DNA of 63,550 nt, the filler included, from Octopus bimaculoides (lineage: Eukaryota), in assembly GCF_001194135.2 (NCBI RefSeq). It is 5 parts of 5 records of this genome, joined end to end, with 100 filler letters (N's around TTAATTAATTAA, not from the genome) between each part and the next. Parts side by side here need not be neighbours in the genome. Positions count along the whole stretch, not along the records: positions 49,242 to 60,493 come from NC_068986.1; positions 60,594 to 61,971 come from NC_068994.1; positions 62,072 to 63,550 come from NC_069002.1; 2 more parts are not named here. One strand, given 5' to 3'. The stretch's first letter is position 1. Each line of letters opens with the position of its first letter. This document shows, in pieces, positions 53,385 through 63,550 of the stretch. The notes below the pieces were generated by a model that was not told the origin of the DNA, did no database searches, and saw only the letters and a program-made list of their open reading frames with translations. Made by a program: the position numbers and the translations under genes.

Positions 53385-53550
53385 CAGGTGTGAAGGGGAG
53401 GTGTATAGTCGATAGAATCGAGCCAATTTAATACTGATACTTATTTTATCGACCTCGGAAGAATGAAGAGTAAAGTCGGTCTCGTCGGGAGTTGAACTTA
53501 TAAGGTAATGGAACTATTAAATATGAAATTTAGTTCGATTCCCTACCGAT
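53385..53550 (-). mobile_element. Degenerate SINE
   Basis: gatacttattttatcgacctcggaagaatgaagagtaaagtcgg is the reverse of the SINE core. Confidence 0.65.
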
Positions 53551-54074
53551 TCTGCAACTTTATGAAAAAAAAAAAGTTCAATTTTGCTTTCTTGTTTGAT
53601 ATGTGTGTATGTATGTTGAGTTAAAAGTTCATCGTTCTAGAATCTCAGGAGCTCGTAAAGCGATTTGGTAATGCCAGCTTCAGAGGTATTAGGCGGATAA
53701 GAAAGAATAATTTATCATAGGTAAATTTACCAGAGGTCGCGCACATTGTCTTAACAGGTAGATAGATCAAGACGCATACAACAAAAAGTTCTGTTTATGG
53801 ACAGGATGAGTTTGAACTCATGAGCTATGATTTAGCAGTCCAACACCTGAACCACCAAACCATTTATATTTATGTTATAGTACAGTCATCTCTTAGATTC
53901 ATATAGTTCTTGATAATATTTTCGAAATCCCCAACCCGAAACGTTTCAATAATTGATTCAAATTTTATTTCCCTGCTTCACATAAATGCCATCAAACACT
54001 TAATTGAGTGACAAGAGTTACTCAGCTGTATATAGGTACCACAGGATGTTATCGTCTATAGGCGTAAATAATGG

Positions 54075-54266
54075 TTTCACATTTTGGCACACGGGGAGAT
54101 AAATCGATTACATCGGCTCCAGTGCTCATCCGATACTTATTTTATCGACCCCGAGAGAATGAAATGCAAAGTCGACCTCGGCGGCATTTGAACTCAGAAT
54201 GTAAAGCCAGAGAAAATGCCTTTAAGCATTTTTTCCGGTGCAGTACCGATTCTGCCAATTCGCCGA
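54075..54266 (-). mobile_element. tRNA-derived SINE
   Basis: tacttattttatcgacccc...aaagtcgacctcggcggcatttgaactcagaa...ttctgccaattcgcc. Confidence 0.82.
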
Positions 54267-55629
54267 TTTAATAGGCATAAATAATAGCGGAACTATAATA
54301 AGGAGAACTTCGTTAACATGGAGTGATAAGTTCGAGTTCCATCGAGAAAGCAATGGGAAACAACTTCAATGCAGGACATCTGAAAGATCTTTGCTGGTGG
54401 ATCTACGATTCGAGTACTTCATACAATACTTGAAGAAGTCTTTCATGCTCCACGAAAGATTCAATGAGTTATAGGACACGCTATCATACACCTCAGTGTA
54501 TATGTATGTATGTATGTATGTTTGGGAGCCTTTTGAATCACAACTTACATAAGCTTACAGCTTAAAAAGAAGGGAAAGAGGCTTGATGTTTCGAATGAAA
54601 GTTCTTCATCAGAAGAAAAATATAGAAGGAAAGTGAAAAAGAATAAGTGACTAGAGAAAAACCAGACGAAGGTGTTCGAGGCTACATGGGAATGTAGTTG
54701 CTAAGGTGGTTGGGAGGGGTTAAGAAAGGAGTAGCGGCGGGTAAGTGTGTGCGAATAGGAGTGTATCTGTGTTGATAGAGGTATAAAGAGGAAGTGAGTG
54801 CGTTTTGTGTGTGTGTGTGTGTGCGTGTGCGCGTGCGTAGAGGTGTGCAAGTATGGAAGTGTAGTGGCACGGGCTAATGAGAGTGTGTGTTGTTAACGCG
54901 TATATGTAATCGCATTGTTTGTGAGGAAAGCGTGGAAATGAGGAGGTGGCACGAGAGTGAGGTGAAAGGTGCTTCCAGTGGCGTTGCTGTTGTTTACCCC
55001 CAAATCAGTCTTGATAGAGCAGGTCTATAATCAAAAGTACTCCAGTCACAATCGTACTCGTCCTTTTTATATTTTGGACTTGTACTTTGCTTAAAATGTC
55101 CTTTCATTTTCGACTTGGTAAGGTATGCTTTGACAGATATTTGGTTTTCTATTTCTAGCTGGTCAAGTAATCACGTAGAAGTTCCCTGTGACATTGGCAA
55201 TGTCAGGTAAATAAAATAATTTTAACAAGGGGTACACAGTAAGTGTGTCGCAGAATCGATTCGTTAAGAGTTGAAGTTCATCATTTTCTATTGCGCACGT
55301 CTATGGTGTTATGTTACACTGTTTAAGCTGCAAATTAACAAGTCTATGACAAATATTACATTATAGTAATGCCCTGTAGCCAATATTGGTTGATGTAGGC
55401 CCGTTGATTGGGCTATTGCTATATCTAGAAACAACACAAACGAAAGTAGCTTCAAAATAAACAACTTTATAGTTTAGACAACACAAAACATGAAATATGA
55501 ATCGAGAAGAACAGAAGTTCTATTTTCTATCGAGATAATGTTAATTTTAACGAGAGGCTTCTTACGCGTGCGCACGCACGTACGCACACACAAACATACA
55601 CACATCTCTCAGAACTAATTCATAATTTC

Positions 55630-55830
55630 TTACATTGGCACAGCGCCACAATTATGTAGCAAGTGGATGGTAGGTGGGAATGGAAAGGTATATTTAGGTA
55701 GATTGACTCGACTCAGGTACATCACTTTTATTTATTATATTTGCTTCTTTTTTTTTTATATCGAACCTGGAGGGATGAAAGGCAAAAACGATCTTCGGCG
55801 GGATTTGAACTCAGAACATAGAGAAACGAG
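55630..55830 (-). mobile_element. Degenerate SINE
   Basis: atcgaacctggagggatgaaaggcaaaa...cggcgggatttgaactcagaac. Confidence 0.7.
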
Positions 55831-56582
55831 ATTGCTCGCTGCTATTTCTATCAAACTACCGCCTATCTAGTACTAATTAATACATGCCATACGATTTATT
55901 TCAATATAAAAAGAATGAGATTATGAATGAAAGAATGAAAGAGAGAAAGAGAGAAAGAAGAGAAGATAATACAATACATTTGTAAAAGAACTACTTGTCA
56001 GTGAACAAGTTTTAAATTGAGACAGCTCAAGTTAAAACCCGTATCAATCGTTATATTGTTTCCGGTTTTAAAGATGAAACTCACAGGTAAAAAAAGACTA
56101 TCTCAGTGGTTAAGTATAATTCTGTAACGGTGCCCATAAAAATGTTGGAAATATATCGTTTAATAACTTGAATGTCTCATAGAATTATTCCGGATAAAGA
56201 TTTGGTGCTTATCATTATTTTTTTTTATTTTGACACTCGCAGAAAACAGTTCGTTCGCTCGTTCGCTCTTTAAAAAGAAAGAAAAAATAAATTACATTTT
56301 GGTTTTCATGTCAATTTTCTTCCTTCGTTACTAAACACTCAATATTGTTCTTGTAATTACATTTACTAAACCTGCTCAATGGATCACAACAGTGTGTCTA
56401 AACAACAATAATGATAATAGACGTAGTATAATAGTTATAATTATAGTAAATATAAATAACAAATATCTTCATTTCTTGAGGAGAAAACTATGGTGAACAA
56501 GATGTAGAGAAATAAGATTTTAACAATAATAAAAAAGTATTAAAAAAATACAGTGGACTTTCAAAACATTTCTGCAATTAGC

Positions 56583-56629
<47 letters not shown>

Positions 56630-56918
56630 ACACACACATATACACACATATGTTTACATATATGTGTATATGTTAATATATATTATACATATATATCTAT
56701 GTATACGTATATAAATATCATTACAATATATATATTATACAATACATATGCATATAACATGTGATTCATATNNNNNNNNNNNNNNNNNNNNNNNNNNNNN
56801 NNNNNNNNNNNNNNNNNNNNNNNNNNNNNNNNNNNNNNNNNNNNNNNNNNNNNNNNNNNNNNNNNNNNNNNNNNNNNNNNNNNNNNNNNNNNNNNNNNNN
56901 NNNNNNNNNNNNNNNNNN

Positions 56919-56950
<32 letters not shown>

Positions 56951-57616
56951 TATATTATATATTATATGTATATATATTATATTATATATATATATATTGA
57001 ACAGAGGATATAGATACATCATACATATATTATACATACATTCATAAATATATTATATATATATATATAAATGATTTATATATTATTTTACATATATTAA
57101 TATATTGCATAGATTATATATGTAGTATATATGATATAAATTATATATTCATTTCAAATGTATTGTATTTAGCACAGGTAATATATATGATATATATTTT
57201 TAGACACACACGTATATATTGTTATATACACAAACACATCTATATGTACACATGCGTACATCTATATCAGTACACACACACGCACGTGCACATACACACA
57301 CACACACATATATATCTACATTTATAAACTGGCAGACATATATACATATATATCTATGTAATTGTATATATAATTATATATATAGATACACACACATACA
57401 CATGTATGTATCTAATATATATATATATATATATATCATATGCGTATGTATATACATATATTGTACACGTACTTATATATGTACAAATATATACATTTAT
57501 ATATATATATATATTTATATATGCATATATATATTATATATAATTATATATATATATATTATATATATATATATATTTATGTATATATATGCACGCACAC
57601 ATACACACACACACGC

Positions 57617-57682
<66 letters not shown>

Positions 57683-58744
57683 TATATATGTAAATCGACC
57701 AATACACACATTGACACCTGTGTGTGTCTGTGTGCATGTAGTTATAATTATTTAGATTCCGGAAGAGTTATATAAATGTAAATATGATAATGAACTACTT
57801 TCCACCAATAACATTGTGTATGAGTGAAAAGTTTGTCCTCTTTTCACGAATACCCAGACCAAATTATTAAATATATATCAATACATCATTTTTCTTTGTG
57901 TCTGTTTATCTGTTTATTATATAACACCACGGAGGAAAGGACGAGCCCATAGCGGATAAGTTTATTCCAACAGTATAAGGGATGAAAGAATAAATATATT
58001 ACGTGGTGTAGTACTTTGTTTCTCTTTTGGCTTTTCTGTTTTTTTTTTCTTACAGTTTTCTTTCTGACGCTGTTTGTTGTACTTTTGAGTTTCTTTAGTT
58101 TTTTCGTCTGATTTTTTTTTCTTTCTTTTCCAGTTTATACAATTATTTGTCATTGAAATTTATGTATATATTTATTTTTAAAACTGATTCATTTTCTTTT
58201 CCCTGTTTTCATTTGGCGATATATAATGACATCTTATGCATCAATAATATGATACATTTTATCATTAATTTTGATGAACAGTAGTACATCAGTCACTTGC
58301 CTGTATGTTTGTCTACATTTTTTTGTTCTTAAAATACAAATTTTATACAGCAAAGGTTTGACTAGTCTGCTTTTATAATATAACTTAGCATGGTTCTAAT
58401 ATCTTGTTTGTCGGTAAAACTAAATAAGATTTTGAGAAAAAATAAATCAATGCTTTCTTTTCACATACCATCACATACTAACAACAACAACAGCACAAAT
58501 CCCAACATTAATTTTTTTGGTTTCAGTAGAAGTGGATATGTAATGAAATAGCTAGACATTCAACAAATATAAAAGACAAAATGTAGAAGTAAAATGGCGG
58601 TGAATGAATGAATAGATAGGAAAAAAGAACAACTTCGATCATTGACGGTATTTGTTAAACATCATATTACTTCAGACACAATTTATAGCAAATGACTTCA
58701 ATTATCGGTAAATAACAAATTCAGATTTGTTTTCTAAATTGTTT

Positions 58745-58789
<45 letters not shown>

Positions 58790-59653
58790 TCACGAGCAAT
58801 TTATTTTCTAAAGAGAGTAGTTTTTTTTATGTTATCTTAATGTTATCTTATGTTGTCTTAATCCGCGGCACCCCAAGCTCATGTATTTAAAAATGTTTTA
58901 GTTGCTGTTGTTTAGTTCCAGGTCAGCTTTGACCGAGCTATCTTATCTTCTGATCAAAGGCTTTCTAACTATGACCATCATGTCTTTTTTTTTTAGACAT
59001 GATGTACCTAGAGACCACATTATTCAATGCATCCTTCACTTTTCTATAAAGATGAGAGGATTCGATAGAGGAAGGTTTAGTGGTTCCTATTTTGATCATG
59101 TCATTTGCATTGTGCTTTTTTTTTTTTCTGATGCTTACGAAGTGGTTCGCTGTTTGCATGTTGAAGTTTACTAACATATATAGCTACAAAGAGGCGATAA
59201 CCTCTCTCTTGAAATATAAAAGGTATTTTTTTCTTTTCATTTCATCAATATTCGAATTTTGAGGTGTTGTGAATCTGATAATCTTAAAGAACTTCTTGGG
59301 CACAATCACGGTCATATTCCTGAAAGTGCAACGGTTGAATAAAACAAGAAGAAGAACAAGATGGCAGCAGCAACAATTACTACTTCAGTTACATTAACTG
59401 TGCTGACAAGAATTATAAATTCTCACCCAGTACCTTCCATTGCCATTTTAAACAAACGAATAAAAAATAAAGTTAAAAACAAAAACAAACATAATCAACT
59501 GTGAAATATTCACTAATTTAGAGTATTTTTTGTTGTCGTTGTTGTTGCTGTTGTTGTTGAAACACCTATTTCGTATGATCCCAATAGCTACGTCCGACAT
59601 GGACCGCTGTGTGTTCAGCTAGCGCGTAAGGAAGATGAAAAAGATAGAACAAA

Positions 59654-59877
59654 TCATAATATTAATTGCAGCACCATGAATATTAACGAAAGAGCTGTAA
59701 CTGCAATCGTTTTGATGTACAGAGATTCTGTGACAGGAGAGTTAGCTGCGTTGCATAAATGTTTGCCACACATACATAAATAACCATTTCCATTTCGCTC
59801 CGTCCGACACACACGGTCTATTAGGCTGATGTAGATTGTAAGATCATCTGAGCACGTTCTTTCCATATACCAAACTC
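59654..59877 (-). CDS. qvr: Terminal coding exon of a quiver/sleepless-like Ly6/uPAR three-finger GPI-anchored protein
   Basis: Polypyrimidine tract and CAG acceptor (AG at 59879-59878, phase 1). VWYMERTCSDDLTIYISLIDRVCRTERNGNGYLCMCGKHLCN aligns with recalled Drosophila Qvr [38 protein letters not shown], with all four Cys plus L.I, D.VC, E..GNG and CN conserved. A hydrophobic GPI-signal-like tail and TGA follow. Confidence 0.82.
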
Positions 59878-60393
59878 CTGTGAAAAATAGATAGGAAAAC
59901 AGAAAAACATTAGCAAATTTAGTCAAAGTTATTATAATTATTATTGAGTGAGAGAGCAGTGCATGCCATCAAAGTGACACTGGGGTAAAATATACGAAGC
60001 CCGGTATACCCATCATGACTACCTATCTGATAAGGGTACACCAAGTACATGCTTCACAACCATATACGCGACATGGTGATCTCATAACAAGATTAACAGC
60101 GCATGACTTTGCAGGTAGGGCTCAGTTAGAATTTTGTTCAGGTCGAGTAGTCCATCCCGCTCAAAAAGTCGTGAATTATTAAAACCCCAAAGAACATGGC
60201 TATGATGCTCCCCCACTATTTCTACTCGTGATCAGAAGTGCACATATCAGCCACTAAGGGGCATGCTCAACTGGTTAAGGTCAAGTAACTGACAAACAAA
60301 TCTGTGGTATTGAGCAGAATATTTGCTGTAGTCCATCTTTTATGCCAAGACAAAACAACGTACATGATAACACTTCCAATAGATGAGAAGCTA

Positions 60394-60656
<263 letters not shown>

Positions 60657-60761
60657 CATTTTATTTTCCTGTTTTCTTTTGTCTAGCCCTTATCAAAGCC
60701 TTTTCCCTGTGTAATTAACTTCTAGTTTGTACGTTCTTGTTTTCTTGAATGCGTGCGTATA

Positions 60762-60803
<42 letters not shown>

Positions 60804-61519
60804 GTGTGCGTGCTTGTGTGTATGTGTGAGAGAGAAAGATGTTTGTGTTTCTTATGTTATCTTATAATACTAATCGGTGTACCTTTTCTAGGTTTTAAGT
60901 ATTTTTCTAGACTCATGTGGTGTCTTCCTAACAACACTGCCTACGTATCTGCGTCTTCTCCCTTGTCTACGCTCTCTGTTATATCTTAGTTTTATGATAG
61001 AGAGTTCGGAATGTTGTGAGCGTTTTATAGTCTTCTTATCTAAGCGCTTCAGTTCACTTAACTTCCAATTTATTATGTCGAAACGGTTGTTTATGACTGG
61101 GGCAGCTTGTGTATTTATAGCCATAATCTTATTGCAGGCTTTCAGTTCGCTTTTTTTTTTTCTTTTTATCTTAACAATTATAGTCTTCTATAATCTATTC
61201 TAATTTTCTCCTTCATTTCTGTAAGTTCTATTGAATTAGAGCTTTTTTTCTTTCTAATACTGAGTATTGATGAAAATTGTCCTATTCTAGTTTTCAGCGT
61301 TTAAAACCAACTTAAAAACCTTGAAATACCCAAGGCGACGAGCCAGCAGAATCGTGAGCACGCTGGGCAAAACAAATTGCGACTTAAAGTTCTTAGATCA
61401 AATTCTACAACGGCCGCTTTTTTTATTCTTGCAATTTTTTACCTTTCATTCTTTCGGATCGTTGTAGTCGACTGGTCCCACTCTCTCCTAAATGTCAGGT
61501 CTTGTCTGTATTCTTTCAT

Positions 61520-61760
61520 TCTTTTACTTGCTTCAATCAATAGATTGGGGCCAAGCTAGGGCACCACCTTGAAAAGATTTTAGTCGAACAAATCGACCCT
61601 ATGACATGATTTTAAAGCCTGGTATTTATTCTATCGGTCTATATTGCCCAATCGCTAGGTTACGGGACGTAACAAACCATCATCGGTTGTCAACCAGTAG
61701 TAATATATAAACACAGACACAAAGTCACACACACTGATTCACACACGTATATATATATAT
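61520..61760 (+). repeat. Degenerate copy of the 50942-51268 repeat
   Basis: Shared ttttagtcgaacaaatcgaccc...aagcctggta.ttattctatcgg...ggttacggg. Confidence 0.7.
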
Positions 61761-62840
61761 ATATCGGGGATGTGAGTTCGAGTCCACAGCTAGTCACCTA
61801 CACTTTTCTCTGCAAAATAGGGATAGTTTATCCTGTTCAGGCTATATTATTAGCATTATTCTGCGATTGAGACTTTAAAAAATATCACTTCTTTAACTTT
61901 CTAAAAATGACATCTCAACGCTTCTAAAAGCAAGCTTTGCTTGTTTATTTACGTTTGTCGTAATTTGAATTNNNNNNNNNNNNNNNNNNNNNNNNNNNNN
62001 NNNNNNNNNNNNNNNTTAATTAATTAANNNNNNNNNNNNNNNNNNNNNNNNNNNNNNNNNNNNNNNNNNNNATATATATATATATATACATATATACATA
62101 CAAAGATACATGCATATATTTGTGTGTGTGCGTCTCACATGCATGTTTTAATGTATACACGTACGCATATGTAGATACATACATGCTAATATATAAACAC
62201 ACTGGCACAAATGCATACACACACATAACAAGAGTGAATACGATTTCATTTATTAAAGTTTCTAAGTAACTTATCAATCAACCTCACATAAAGTCGACAT
62301 ATTTCTGTTTCGTTATTTGAGTCTAATCATATACTTACATATATATACATACATACATACATATATACATACATACATACATATAGACATNNNNNNNNNN
62401 ATATATATATTTATATATATATATATATATTTATACATACATACATACATATACATATGCATACATAGAGACACACGCATAAATGTATAAGGGGCCATTT
62501 TCCCTATCATTTAATCCTTAAATCTTCTCTGTGCCCCTCATCTTTTTCCCTTTTTGCCTCACCAATACACATACTCTTTTCTCTCACTTTCTATTCTCAA
62601 ACATATTCTCTCTTCCCCCCTCTCTCTCTCTCTTTCTCTCTCTCCCCCTCTCTCTCTCTGTTCTAAGCGAAATATACACATAGTCTACATTGACTCATTT
62701 CTACTCATAAACAAAAGTAGACATATATTAACTTCTATGTCAATCCTCTTTTACACACACATGCACACGCACATAAACATATATGTGTGTATATACATAT
62801 ATGTATATAATATATATTTATATGTATATTGATATACATT

Positions 62841-62891
<51 letters not shown>

Positions 62892-62895
62892 ATGC

Positions 62896-62960
<65 letters not shown>

Positions 62961-63178
62961 TACATATGTATATGCATACATACATATGTATATATATGTA
63001 AGTACATAGGTATATATAAGTATATCTATATGTAAATGTATAGGCATTTATATATATATATATATATATATAGTTCAAAAACACAATAACAAAAAAAAAA
63101 ATATATATATATATATATAATTGTATTTATAATTATATGGAAACAAACATCACAGACACACACACACACACACACACA

Positions 63179-63215
<37 letters not shown>

Positions 63216-63550
63216 TGTGTCAACTTATTCTCATCTCAGCCTGCTAATCCGTTAATCCGTGTACACCTTGAGGTGGTTTAATCAGAAGGCATGCGCCCTC
63301 AAACAGCGTGCAATTATGCATGACGGTTTAACATTGGCTAAGCGAACTGTGACTATTCCTTCCATGGTATTATGTAAAATTATATAAAGCAACTTGCCAA
63401 TAATGTATTGTGCATTCGAGCATGACAATTATGTATGTTTGGATGTACGAATGTATTGATGGGTGGATGAATGTAGAGATGTATGTATAGATGGATTTAT
63501 GCATGAATGCATTTGAGAATATGCACAAACGAATATATATGCATATATAT

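Overview
AT-rich, microsatellite-dense, gapped eukaryotic genomic DNA. The repeat landscape suggests an octopus or other coleoid cephalopod (inference, not verified). The only host-gene piece I recognise is the terminal exon of a quiver/sleepless-like Ly6/GPI protein (59654-59877, minus). The first 24 kb is a decayed transposon nest: a Tc1 fragment, an R4/Dong-like LINE 3' part, and a Mag-like Ty3/Gypsy LTR element (5974-10073, minus). The Gypsy 5' LTR is interrupted by a head-to-tail array of mutually diverged ORF1-only (no RT) Tx1/L1-type retroelements (10074-15418). A bicistronic Tx1-like element and further RT fragments follow on the plus strand. The most interesting signal is this ORF1-only array: shared junction motifs, a conserved uncharacterised C-terminal ORF1 domain, and a 3' tail shared with a tRNA-derived SINE at 43328-43550. 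The rest is SINEs, MITEs, a foldback repeat, simple repeats and artificial scaffold-join spacers. All alignments were done by eye; no database searches were run, and most TE boundaries are approximate.
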